From positions 16,374 through 80,373 of the forward strand of contig JAUYBI010000068.1 of NCBI GenBank assembly GCA_030693145.1: DNA of 64,000 nt, given 5' to 3'. Shown here piece after piece: positions 1 through 10,596 of the stretch (positions are counted from its first letter, which is position 1; each line of letters begins with the position of its first letter). The notes beneath the pieces were generated by a model, which was not told the DNA's origin, did not search any database, and was given only the letters and a program-made list of their open reading frames with translations. Source of the DNA: Candidatus Omnitrophota bacterium (lineage in GTDB: Bacteria > Omnitrophota > Gorgyraeia > Gygaellales > Profunditerraquicolaceae). A program made the position numbers and the translations under genes.

Positions 1-247
1 TATTTAATTTCTGGATGAGTTCAACTACCTGGCTTTCAGTTGCGCCTTCAGCTAAAGCGCGCAAACAATATTCAATCCCAAGTTCACCCGCTAACCTCTG
101 CTGTGACTTTGCGTAACTCATTGCCCCGGCATTTTCCCCGATCAGAATACTAGCTAAAACCGGAGGCTGCTTTAAACCGCGCACAGCGAGGATTAAATTT
201 TCCTTTATTTTTTCAGCGATAGGCTTACCCTCTAATAACTTTGCCAA
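1..247 (-). CDS. folD: Bifunctional methylene-THF dehydrogenase/cyclohydrolase FolD, N-terminal 82 aa; gene continues beyond window start
   Basis: Reverse-strand translation from TTG at 247 gives MAKLLEGKPIAEKIKENLILAVRGLKQPPVLASILIGENAGAMSYAKSQQRLAGELGIEYCLRALAEGATESQVVELIQKLN, matching the FolD N-terminus (ILDGK..., PGLAVILVG, SxxYVxxKxK). It overlaps the 3' end of the upstream cyclodeaminase gene by about 23 nt in another frame. Confidence 0.65.
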   Translation of the reverse strand, partial: MAKLLEGKPIAEKIKENLILAVRGLKQPPVLASILIGENAGAMSYAKSQQRLAGELGIEYCLRALAEGATESQVVELIQKLN

Positions 248-788
248 CTTTTTCCTCCATTTTGGCCCTGGCCTGCTTAACGAACTTAGCTTTCAACCCT
301 AATTCTTTATTGACCACGCCCGCCAGTTTTTTATCATTGAGTATTTTTAAATTGATATCCACATTAAGGCACGCAGAGCAAAATGCCGACTCTAAAAATA
401 TCGCCGCTATGGCCATATCGCTAATTAAATTTACGTTGGTTTTTTTAATTAAAGGCGCCAGTATCTTTAGCCCTTCATAACAAAGCCTGGCGAGCATCAA
501 CGGCACATCCATTGCCTTCCGGAGATCCTTACTCTTATAGGCTAAGATATCTAAATCCACCAAATTCAAGAAATCATCTTTTAATTTATCTGTTTTTTTT
601 AAAATCACTTTGAGTTCTGCCTCATATTTAAAATATTTGGGCTTGCCCAAAGTAAAATTAATCACCATACTCAGGAGGCCGGCCCCCATAGCCGCATTCA
701 TTGCCGCGGCAGATCCGCCGCCAGGAGCAGGAAGCTTAGCGGAAAGGTCATTTAAGTATTTAGTTAAGCTTTGAGTTTTATATTCCAT
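225..788 (-). CDS. Cyclodeaminase-domain protein (FchA-like methenyl-THF cyclohydrolase / formiminotransferase-cyclodeaminase C-domain family)
   Basis: 187 aa with an LPAPGGGSAAAMNAAMGAGLLSMV motif typical of the cyclodeaminase domain. It sits directly upstream of folD, which fits folate one-carbon metabolism. Confidence 0.7.
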   Translation of the reverse strand: MEYKTQSLTKYLNDLSAKLPAPGGGSAAAMNAAMGAGLLSMVINFTLGKPKYFKYEAELKVILKKTDKLKDDFLNLVDLDILAYKSKDLRKAMDVPLMLARLCYEGLKILAPLIKKTNVNLISDMAIAAIFLESAFCSACLNVDINLKILNDKKLAGVVNKELGLKAKFVKQARAKMEEKVGKVIRG

Positions 789-792
789 GATT

Positions 793-1173
793 TTACAGTG
801 TAAAGTTTGCGTTTAATTCAAAAGCATCTTTAATTAATGAAATCTTCGGCAGATTATCCAGATATAAAAGCGACAACACATCAAAACGCGCTGAACGCTC
901 CAGGAGATTATTGCTCTTTAAATAATAAATAGCGGCTTTGGAGATCTGCCTCTGTTTCTTGGCAAAAACCGCTTCCTCAGGAACCCCGAAATTAGAGGAA
1001 TGCCTGGCCTTAACCTCCACAAAACAAATAGTGCCCTTATCTTCCGCGATTATATCCACTTCGCCAAATTTAGTTCGATAATTGCGCTGGAGAATCTTAT
1101 AACCCTTAGTTTTTAGAAACTCCACTGCTGTTTTTTCTGCTTGCTTGCCAAACTCTATCCTTGTTTCAGGCAC
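793..1173 (-). CDS. yraN: YraN/UPF0102 family endonuclease
   Basis: 126 aa. GEVDIIA ... FVEVKAR motifs and the conserved position next to rnhB. Confidence 0.65.
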   Translation of the reverse strand: MPETRIEFGKQAEKTAVEFLKTKGYKILQRNYRTKFGEVDIIAEDKGTICFVEVKARHSSNFGVPEEAVFAKKQRQISKAAIYYLKSNNLLERSARFDVLSLLYLDNLPKISLIKDAFELNANFTL

Positions 1174-1769
1174 TTTAAAAAACTCTTTCTGTGAATAGCC
1201 GTAGGCCCAATTTTATTCAGGATATCCCGGTGCATGCGCGTGGGATAACCTTTATGCTGAATAAAACCGTATTGCGGATAAATTTTATGATACGCATCCA
1301 TAATCTGATCACGCCGTACTTTGGCCAGTATGGATGCGGCGGCGATACTCAAAGATTTGCCATCCCCCTTAATAATACTCTGATAAGGCAGATCCAGCTT
1401 AAGGCGCATATTTCCGTCAATAAGCACAAATACGCGTTCTAATTCTTGGGGTTTAAGCTGCTTGGTTAATCTAGAGATTGCCTTTTGCATGGCTAAGATT
1501 GTCGCTTGCAAAATATTAATCTGATCTATCTTAATATGGTTAACGGCGGCAATGGCATATAAAGATTTACTTTTTATTTCAAAAAACGCGTCTTTTCTTT
1601 TTGCCGGAGTTAATTTTTTAGAATCATCCACCCGATGATTGAATCGAAAATCCTTTAACCACACTGCCGCCGCTACTACCGGCCCGGCTAAAGGCCCGCG
1701 GCCTGCCTCATCCACGCCGATAATTAAATCATAACCCTTAAGCTTGAGCTTTCTTTCGTATAAAAGCAC
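1155..1769 (-). CDS. rnhB: Ribonuclease HII
   Basis: 204 aa. DLIIGVDEAGRGPLAGPVV active-site motif. Classic rplS-rnhB neighbourhood. Confidence 0.9.
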   Translation of the reverse strand: MLLYERKLKLKGYDLIIGVDEAGRGPLAGPVVAAAVWLKDFRFNHRVDDSKKLTPAKRKDAFFEIKSKSLYAIAAVNHIKIDQINILQATILAMQKAISRLTKQLKPQELERVFVLIDGNMRLKLDLPYQSIIKGDGKSLSIAAASILAKVRRDQIMDAYHKIYPQYGFIQHKGYPTRMHRDILNKIGPTAIHRKSFLKCLKQG

Positions 1770-2125
1770 TACTTGGCTTTTTCTTCTTTGGTTTCTATTT
1801 TGGTGGCATGCTTGCCAATCTTCCCTCTTAAATAATAAAGCTTGGCCCTTCTAACCTTACCAAAACGGATAACCTCAATGCGGTCAATAACCGGAGAATA
1901 AAGCGGAAACACCCGCTCCACCCCCTCACCGGAAGAAACTTTCCTCACGGTAAAATTAAGTTTGATGCCCGATCCACTTTTAGCAATCACCACACCCTCA
2001 AAAGGATGCAGGCGGAATTTATCCACTCCTTCGGAAATCCTGGTAAGCACCTTAACCGTGTCTCCGACATTAATCGCCGGCATCTCTTTCTTAGTAAACC
2101 CTGCCTCAATTGATTTGATATCCAT
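1769..2125 (-). CDS. rplS: 50S ribosomal protein L19
   Basis: 118 aa. Sequence is typical of L19. Follows trmD as in the conserved trmD-rplS operon. Confidence 0.9.
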   Translation of the reverse strand: MDIKSIEAGFTKKEMPAINVGDTVKVLTRISEGVDKFRLHPFEGVVIAKSGSGIKLNFTVRKVSSGEGVERVFPLYSPVIDRIEVIRFGKVRRAKLYYLRGKIGKHATKIETKEEKAK

Positions 2126-2140
2126 TACTGTTACTCCTTT

Positions 2141-4183
<2,043 letters not shown>

Positions 4184-4190
<7 letters not shown>

Positions 4191-4609
4191 ATAATAAACG
4201 GGGACTCACTATAATTCTTATCTAAATGGATCCTGCATAATTTATTATTACCGAGTTTTATTTCTGGGGCAATAATTTCTATATAAAATGGGTTAACTCT
4301 ATGAGGGGATTTATGTGGTCCATAAATCCAAGCATCAACTAATTGTTCCTCGATTTCAAATTTAATGCGTGTAAAACTGAATTTTTCCTCAAAATTTTTA
4401 TCGTCAGGAGACCATTTTATGGAATTCGTCTCAAAGTCAGGATTAAATATTTTGAGCGGTTTTCCTAATTCTACGTTTATCGATCCTAAATAACAATCCT
4501 TGATCTCAGGAAATACTTCTATGAAAAATGGCATTTGAAATTTGAGATTATATCTAGCACACCCCATTCCAGTTACAATTCTTCCTTCAATAATGATCAT
4601 AAGATCCAC
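4184..4609 (-). CDS. DUF120-like protein resembling archaeal-type CTP-dependent riboflavin kinase
   Basis: 141 aa. IIEGRIVTGMGCARY ... LGSINVEL ... EIIAPEI resemble the GxGxGxxY / GTLN / EIIAP pattern of the CTP-dependent riboflavin kinase family. This is from recollection, not a database search. Confidence 0.4.
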
Positions 4610-4771
4610 CTATATTCAAAAACCAAGAACACCTCGCTCTACATCAAATCTCACTTACTCATTAGGATATTTAATGTTATGATTCTCATTATTTCCACTG
4701 GACACAAAATGAGCCCACAAAAATCAGAACCTTTCAGCGGAAAACTTGCTAGAAGCGTTTAAATAATCTGG

Positions 4772-4861
4772 ATTAGCGGGTGGCTTGGGTGTTTTCGACG
4801 CGCGTCAGCGCTAGAAAATACCCAAGACAGCCTGCCCACCAATTATTATGGCGGGGACCCG
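4772..4861 (-). ncRNA. Structured palindromic element between queA and the DUF120 gene (long imperfect hairpin with an internal perfect palindrome gacgcgcgtc)
   Basis: The outer stem ttagcgggt/acccgctaa encloses ggcttgggt/acccaag and gacgcgcgtc. It lies immediately 3' of the queA stop codon. Confidence 0.3.
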
Positions 4862-5854
4862 CTAAATGATCAGCATTGCATCACCGTAGCTATAAAATCT
4901 ATACTTCTTATCCACTGCTTCCTGATACGCTTTTAGCATCAGCTCTTTGCCCCCGAATGCGCAAACGAGCATTAAAAGAGTAGTCATCGGAAGATGGAAG
5001 TTAGTCAATAGGCAATCCACTGATGCGAATTTGTAACCCGGGTAGATAAATAAATCCGTATTGCCTTCTTTACGGCCAGTGGCATAAGTTTCTAGAGTCC
5101 GCAGGCTTGTCGTGCCCACAGCGATAATGCGGCCTTTATCCGCTTTTACTTTAGCCAGCGCGGCAATGGCAGCATCAGGAACTAAGAAATATTCCGGCTC
5201 CATTTTATGCTCCGTTATATTTTCGCATTTTACCGGGCGAAATGTGCCTAACCCCACATGCAAGGTAACATAGGCCAAGTTAATCCCCGCGCCCTGGATT
5301 TCTTTAAGTGACTCTTGCGTAAAATGCAGGCCGGCAGTAGGCGAAGCAAGCGCCCCTGCATTTTTTGCATAAACCGTCTGATAATAAACCGTATCTAAAT
5401 CCTCAGGCTCACGTTTAATATATGGCGGCAGAGGAACAATCCCAAAGTTATAAATCACATCCGCATCCGGCTGTTTAAAACTGATCTGCCCCCGGCTGCT
5501 TAAAGTTCCGGTAACTTTACCGGAAGCAAAAATAATCTTTTCGCCGACTTTTGTGCGGCTGGGCTGAACCAGGCAGGAAAAAGTTGTGCCGTTAATTCGG
5601 CGGGTGAGTAAAATTTCAACTCTGCCGCCGGTTATTTTATTTCCCATTAAACGGCAATGCAGGACCTTGGTATCATTAAGCACCAACAAATCATTTTTCC
5701 TAAAAAATCCGGCAATCTCCTTAAATACTCCGTGGCTGATCGTGCCGGTTTTTCGATTGACGATCAAAAGGCGGGACTGGCCTCTACTTTCCAGAGGATA
5801 CTGCGCAATCAGTTCTTTAGGGAGCGGGTAATCAAATTCAGTAAGTTTTAGCAT
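4862..5854 (-). CDS. queA: S-adenosylmethionine:tRNA ribosyltransferase-isomerase
   Basis: MLKLTEFDYPLPKELIAQYP matches the QueA N-terminus. The start was moved to the ATG at 5854; the track's upstream TTG at 5893 lies inside a terminator hairpin. Confidence 0.9.
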   Translation of the reverse strand: MLKLTEFDYPLPKELIAQYPLESRGQSRLLIVNRKTGTISHGVFKEIAGFFRKNDLLVLNDTKVLHCRLMGNKITGGRVEILLTRRINGTTFSCLVQPSRTKVGEKIIFASGKVTGTLSSRGQISFKQPDADVIYNFGIVPLPPYIKREPEDLDTVYYQTVYAKNAGALASPTAGLHFTQESLKEIQGAGINLAYVTLHVGLGTFRPVKCENITEHKMEPEYFLVPDAAIAALAKVKADKGRIIAVGTTSLRTLETYATGRKEGNTDLFIYPGYKFASVDCLLTNFHLPMTTLLMLVCAFGGKELMLKAYQEAVDKKYRFYSYGDAMLII

Positions 5855-5865
5855 ATTAAAAACTA

Positions 5866-5922
5866 GGGGACGGTTCTGTTTTTCCGAATCCAATTTTAGA
5901 AAAACAGAACCGTCCCCATGAT
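5866..5922 (-). terminator. Intrinsic terminator hairpin after the 5923..7125 gene
   Basis: Perfect 18-bp stem ggggacggttctgttttt / aaaaacagaaccgtcccc with a 16-nt loop. It is followed on the minus-strand RNA by a U-rich tract (uaguuuuua). Confidence 0.6.
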
Positions 5923-7125
5923 TTAATTAAGGTAGCCGATAACTTGATCGCTTAAATCGTCAATGGAATAGAGGACTACGCCGTCGGGAGCCAAATCAGT
6001 AATCAAACGAAGTTGATTAGCAAACAGGTCCGGATTGTCTTTCATTAAGAATACCCCCATACCGACATAAATTTTCCCTTTGCCGCGATGGCCCAGGCTG
6101 CTTTTTACCACTTCTTTAGCAAACTGATTATCCTTCGTATAAGACATCAATACCACATAATCAATAATCCCCTCTTCTAACCAACCCGACCAATCCTGGA
6201 AGGCGTTGCTATAGGCGCGCTCAGTAACCGGAATAACCGCGCAGGAGACCGCTAAACTGGGGGATTTAACTTTAACTAAACTGGTGATTTTACGCAATAA
6301 ATCCGTAACCTGCTGACGTTTCCAATTATCCCAAGCTAAATATTCATCTTCATTATTCAGCGTATCCAAAACATTAATTCCGGTTTTTTCACGAAACCGC
6401 TCCACATTCTTTGCTCCATAGCCATAAGTTAAACCGAATTTATTAAATCTCGAACCCGGAATAAAAGGAACCGGAGACGGATAGCGTATGTAATCTAAGT
6501 GTATCCCGCTAAATAACGGATAACGGTTAATAATTTCATTAATAATCGTAAGCATATACGCCTCTACCCTGGGGTCGCCCGGCTCTAAGAATATCATATC
6601 TTCTCTTAAATAGTATTTATCCAGCTCGGTACTCGTGGAAATCTTCGATGGCCTTTGATACTGATCACGGGTAAGAATGGAGCTGCCGTACTTATTCAGA
6701 ATATCCGCTTTTTCATTTTTCCCTAATCCTAAGATGTTCACCCAGGCAAAAACCTTAATATTGTTCTGCCCGGCCTCCCTAAGCAATAAATCCAGCGTAT
6801 CCAACCCGGCAGAGGCAACCATCTGGTCATATTTTATTTTGTCAGCAATCCTGGAATCATAATAAGCATTACCCGACTGAAAAATCTGCAGGTAAATCTC
6901 ATTGATTTTAGCCTTATTACATTGCGCAATCAAATTATGCACACCGGCTTCAGAATAAAGCATTTTTTTAGCGGAAAACACCGACACCCAAATACCTCGA
7001 GGAACGGCCGGCTTAACTGGAATCGGCTGATCTGCGGCTAAGGCCAATCTAAGGCTAAATAAATATAAGAATAAAAATATAACTATTATTTTAAATTTCA
7101 TTTTTCTCCTTAATTCGGCCAACAA
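5923..7125 (-). CDS. Secreted glycoside-hydrolase-like family 10 (DUF4015/YngK-like) protein
   Basis: 400 aa with an N-terminal signal peptide. The TIM-barrel-like pattern (GIHLDYIRYP, VLMSYT) is typical of the GHL10 family. Confidence 0.5.
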   Translation of the reverse strand: MLAELRRKMKFKIIVIFLFLYLFSLRLALAADQPIPVKPAVPRGIWVSVFSAKKMLYSEAGVHNLIAQCNKAKINEIYLQIFQSGNAYYDSRIADKIKYDQMVASAGLDTLDLLLREAGQNNIKVFAWVNILGLGKNEKADILNKYGSSILTRDQYQRPSKISTSTELDKYYLREDMIFLEPGDPRVEAYMLTIINEIINRYPLFSGIHLDYIRYPSPVPFIPGSRFNKFGLTYGYGAKNVERFREKTGINVLDTLNNEDEYLAWDNWKRQQVTDLLRKITSLVKVKSPSLAVSCAVIPVTERAYSNAFQDWSGWLEEGIIDYVVLMSYTKDNQFAKEVVKSSLGHRGKGKIYVGMGVFLMKDNPDLFANQLRLITDLAPDGVVLYSIDDLSDQVIGYLN

Positions 7126-7142
7126 ACTTATAACATTATAAT

Positions 7143-7217
7143 AAGGTTTGCTAACTTTTATTAGTTATCAATTACAGTAGGGGAGGTTTAAACCTCCCCT
7201 ACTGTAAAAAGTCAACT
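7143..7217. repeat. Repeat family A, copy 1: long palindromic element with a GTAG-palindrome core agtaggggagg-tttaaa-cctcccctact
   Basis: Near-identical to the elements at 41502-41600 and 53925-54030. Its right arm supplies the last codons (VDFLQ*) of queH. Confidence 0.8.
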
Positions 7218-7744
7218 GCATAAGTTTTAAGCGGCATTGAGTATTTACAACCGCAATATTTCTGGCGATAAATACCTTGACGCTTAGCTTCTATCTGCGC
7301 CTGCTTGAAGCCAAGGCGGAAATCTTCATAATAAAAATCTATACCTATTTCTTGGCTAATTTGATGGCCTAGCTGCTTAAGCAATTCATGATGCTGATAC
7401 GGACTGGCCAATAAGGTGGTACTAAATGCCCTAAAACCGCCTTGCTTAGCCTGCCTGGCAGTTTTGCGCAAACGCAATGACCAACAGATTGCGCACCGAT
7501 GAAGCAGTAATTCCGGAGTATTCATTGCCTGAAAAAAATCAGATTCTTCATGCTCCGGATACTCTACAACCAGGGAAAATTCCCGGCTAATAATCTTTAA
7601 GGCCTCAACACGCCGATGGTATTCACTAACCGGGTAAATATTAGGATTGTAATAAAATCCGCTAATTTTAAATCCCTGATCTACCAACCTGCTAAAGGGA
7701 TAAATTAAACAAGGCCCGCAGCAGATGTGCAGTAGGATATCCAT
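7199..7744 (-). CDS. queH: Epoxyqueuosine reductase QueH (DUF208)
   Basis: 181 aa. HICCGPC and CxxCxxxR motifs of QueH. Completes the tgt/queA/queH queuosine cluster. Confidence 0.8.
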   Translation of the reverse strand: MDILLHICCGPCLIYPFSRLVDQGFKISGFYYNPNIYPVSEYHRRVEALKIISREFSLVVEYPEHEESDFFQAMNTPELLLHRCAICWSLRLRKTARQAKQGGFRAFSTTLLASPYQHHELLKQLGHQISQEIGIDFYYEDFRLGFKQAQIEAKRQGIYRQKYCGCKYSMPLKTYAVDFLQ

Positions 7745-7751
7745 TACTTTA

Positions 7752-8804
7752 CTAAAAGATTCCTTCTTGCTGTTCTTGATTAAACTTTAAACCAAAATGC
7801 TCAAAAGCCTTCCGGGTAGCTAAGCGGCCCCGCGAAGTACGTTTTAAATACCCCGCCATCAAAAGATACGGCTCGACCGCATCCTCAATCGTATCCACCT
7901 CTTCATTGAGGCTGGCAGCTAAAGACTCAATCCCTACCGGCCCGCCGCCAAATGACTCCAGAATTAATTTTAAAACCTTACGATCCAAATCATCAAAACC
8001 TGCCTGATCAATACCCAGCTCATTAAGGATCTTGGAAGCTGATGCTTGATCTACATTTTTAATTTTTAAAACCTGGGCGTAATCCCTCACCCGGCGCAAG
8101 AGCCGGTTGGCGATACGCGGAGTCCCCCGGGAGCGTTTGGCAATCTCTAAAGTTGCCGCCGCATCAATTTTTACCGATAATAACTGGCTGGAATTTTTTA
8201 TAATTTTAGCCAAATCTTCCAGCTTGTAGAAATCCAGGCTATAAAACATACCAAACCTGCTCCTCAACGGAGCAGCTAAAAGCCCGGTGCGCGTAGTGGC
8301 ACCGATTAAAGTAAATGGCTTAAGGTTAAACTTGATGGTCTTAGCGTATGGCCCTTTATCAATAATAAAATCAATCTGGAAACTTTCCATTGCCGGATAC
8401 AAAAATTCTTCAACCACTTTGGACATACGATGTATCTCGTCAATAAACAGGACATCTCCGTTTTCCAAATTGGTGAGTATACCGATTAAATCTCCGGCCC
8501 GCTCAATCGCCGGCCCGCTGGTGGCGGTAATTTTAGCGCCCATCTCATGCGCGATAATATGTGACAGGGAAGTTTTACCCAACCCCGGAGGCCCGCTTAA
8601 AAGCACATGCTCTAAGGGCTCTTTTCTCTCTTGAGCCGCCTGAATGGCAATTTTTAAATTATCCACAATATCCTGATGGCCGACAAACTCACCAAACTTC
8701 TTTGGCCTTAAGGATATATTTAAAACTACATCCTCTTCGGATTCCTTGATATCAGTATTAATGGAATCAGCTTTCAGCAGTGTGTGCCTGGTCTCTTCGC
8801 TCAT
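7752..8804 (-). CDS. ruvB: Holliday junction branch migration ATPase RuvB
   Basis: 350 aa. LRPKKFGEFVGHQ, GPPGLGKTSL Walker A and an AAA+ fold. Confidence 0.9.
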   Translation of the reverse strand: MSEETRHTLLKADSINTDIKESEEDVVLNISLRPKKFGEFVGHQDIVDNLKIAIQAAQERKEPLEHVLLSGPPGLGKTSLSHIIAHEMGAKITATSGPAIERAGDLIGILTNLENGDVLFIDEIHRMSKVVEEFLYPAMESFQIDFIIDKGPYAKTIKFNLKPFTLIGATTRTGLLAAPLRSRFGMFYSLDFYKLEDLAKIIKNSSQLLSVKIDAAATLEIAKRSRGTPRIANRLLRRVRDYAQVLKIKNVDQASASKILNELGIDQAGFDDLDRKVLKLILESFGGGPVGIESLAASLNEEVDTIEDAVEPYLLMAGYLKRTSRGRLATRKAFEHFGLKFNQEQQEGIF

Positions 8805-9540
8805 AAGGAATAATGTTTTCTTTGTTCCTGATCATAATTATATCTTCAAATTCCACGTCTTGACGGGCAATAATTTCCTTCATTTTAGCCAGCTCCAGGA
8901 TTGCCAAAAAGATCACCACGATCTCCATCTTGCTTTTGGTCTTGGAGAATAGCTCCGAAAGCTTAATTTCTGTTTGTACCAGCAGCAAGTGCAGAATATC
9001 GTGGACTTTTTGCTCAACCGTATACTGATCCTTGATCACCTCATAAAAAACTTCGCGGGGTATATCTTTTAAAGCCCGAGAAAAAGCATTAATCAAATCA
9101 AAAATGTTGGCCTCAAAATATTTATCCACTTGCCTATCGAATGCTTTGCTCTCCGCCACTTCTTCGGTTTTCGGGCGCTTAAAAATTTCCTGCTGGCTAG
9201 CTTCCCTTTGCTTTAAATTTTCAGCGATTTGTTTAAACTTTTCATACTCCAGAAGCCTTTTGACCAACTCCGCGCGCGGATCCCCCTGTTCTTCTAAAAC
9301 CGCCAACTCTTCTGCCGGAAGCAACATTTTGGATTTTATCTGCATCAGCGTGGCCGCCATTACCAAAAATTCTCCCACAATATTTAAATCCAAAAGTTGC
9401 ATCAAATTAATATACTCTAAGTATTGTTGAGTGACTTTGGCAATCGGAATATCGTAAATATTAAGGTGGTCTTTTTTGACTAAATATAATAGCAGGTCTA
9501 ACGGCCCCTCAAACATATCCAGCCGGATTTTATAGTTCAT
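8767..9540 (-). CDS. scpA: Segregation and condensation protein A
   Basis: 257 aa. FEGPLDLLLYLVKKDHLNIYDIPIAKVTQQY kleisin N-terminal motif. Confidence 0.85.
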   Translation of the reverse strand: MNYKIRLDMFEGPLDLLLYLVKKDHLNIYDIPIAKVTQQYLEYINLMQLLDLNIVGEFLVMAATLMQIKSKMLLPAEELAVLEEQGDPRAELVKRLLEYEKFKQIAENLKQREASQQEIFKRPKTEEVAESKAFDRQVDKYFEANIFDLINAFSRALKDIPREVFYEVIKDQYTVEQKVHDILHLLLVQTEIKLSELFSKTKSKMEIVVIFLAILELAKMKEIIARQDVEFEDIIMIRNKENIIPYERRDQAHTAES

Positions 9541-10517
9541 ATTTTAAGTAATGCTCTTACTTCTAAAATAGTTTTCTTAGCCAACAGGGATGCCTTTTGC
9601 CTCCCGGTGGATAAAATCTCCTGAATGCGCTTCTTGTCTTTTTGCCAAGCGAGCCGTTTTTCCTGAATCGGCGCTAATAAATTAGCAAGCAAAGCTGCCA
9701 ATTCCTTTTTACATTCCGTGCAACCAATCATGGCTTTTGTGCAACGCTCATGCACCTGATCCTTAAGCGCAGGTGAAAACGCCGCATAATAAGAGAAAAC
9801 ATTGCATTTATCCGGATGCCCGCTATCCGCAACGTGGATACGCTCCGGGTCTGTAAACATCCCCTGCACCTTTTTACGGATAACCTCGGGCGCGTCAGTG
9901 AGAGCGATATAATTATTATAACTCTTACTCATCTTGCGGCCATCCAGGCCTAAAAGACGGGTAGTCTGGGTAAGCAAAGCCTTGGGTTCCGCAAAACAAG
10001 CTGTCTTGTAAAGACGATTAAACTTTCGCGCTATCTGACGGCACAACTCTAAATGCGGCAGTTGATCCTCACCCACAGGCACGCTATCGGCCTTATAAAG
10101 TAAAATATCCGCGGCTTGTAGAACCGGATACCCTAAAAAAGCATAGGTACTTAAATCGCGATTAACCACTTGGCGCAATTGTTCTTTATAGGTAGGGCAA
10201 CGCTCAAGCAGCCCTAAGGGCGTAATCAGAGAAAAAATAAAATAAAGCTCCAGGTGTTCGGGAACTTGCGATTGAATAAAAATAGTGGATCTTTCCGGGT
10301 CAATCCCGCAGGAGAGCCAATCAATGACATTGTCCAACATGTTATCTTTAAGCAGGCCCGGATTTTCATATTCAGACATCAGCGCGTGCCAATCCGCGAC
10401 CATAAATAAACAATCATATTCATCTTGCAGCTTCGTCCAATTAGCCAAAGCCCCAACCAAATGGCCCAGATGTAATTTACCCGTAGGACGCATCCCGCTT
10501 AATATTCTTTTTTTCAT
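9537..10517 (-). CDS. trpS: Tryptophan--tRNA ligase
   Basis: 326 aa. Class I HIGH-like TGKLHLGH and KMSKS motifs. Confidence 0.9.
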   Translation of the reverse strand: MKKRILSGMRPTGKLHLGHLVGALANWTKLQDEYDCLFMVADWHALMSEYENPGLLKDNMLDNVIDWLSCGIDPERSTIFIQSQVPEHLELYFIFSLITPLGLLERCPTYKEQLRQVVNRDLSTYAFLGYPVLQAADILLYKADSVPVGEDQLPHLELCRQIARKFNRLYKTACFAEPKALLTQTTRLLGLDGRKMSKSYNNYIALTDAPEVIRKKVQGMFTDPERIHVADSGHPDKCNVFSYYAAFSPALKDQVHERCTKAMIGCTECKKELAALLANLLAPIQEKRLAWQKDKKRIQEILSTGRQKASLLAKKTILEVRALLKI

Positions 10518-10537
10518 CCTTCGACTTAATCCTTATT

Positions 10538-10590
10538 TCATTCGCTAAGCGCTCAGGATGACCCTGAGCATAGTCGAATGGGTCATCGCT
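10538..10590. repeat. Repeat family C-related palindrome (gctcaggatgac ... gggtcatc)
   Basis: Shares the ctcaggatgac arm with the elements at 34716-34806 and 41663-41729. Confidence 0.5.
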
Positions 10591-10596
10591 GAATTC

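Noticed and set aside
5854-5893. Upstream TTG start for queA given by the ORF track
   Set aside because: The extra 13 residues are not QueA-like. The TTG lies inside the terminator hairpin at 5866-5922. The ATG at 5854 gives the canonical MLKLTEFDYPLP N-terminus.
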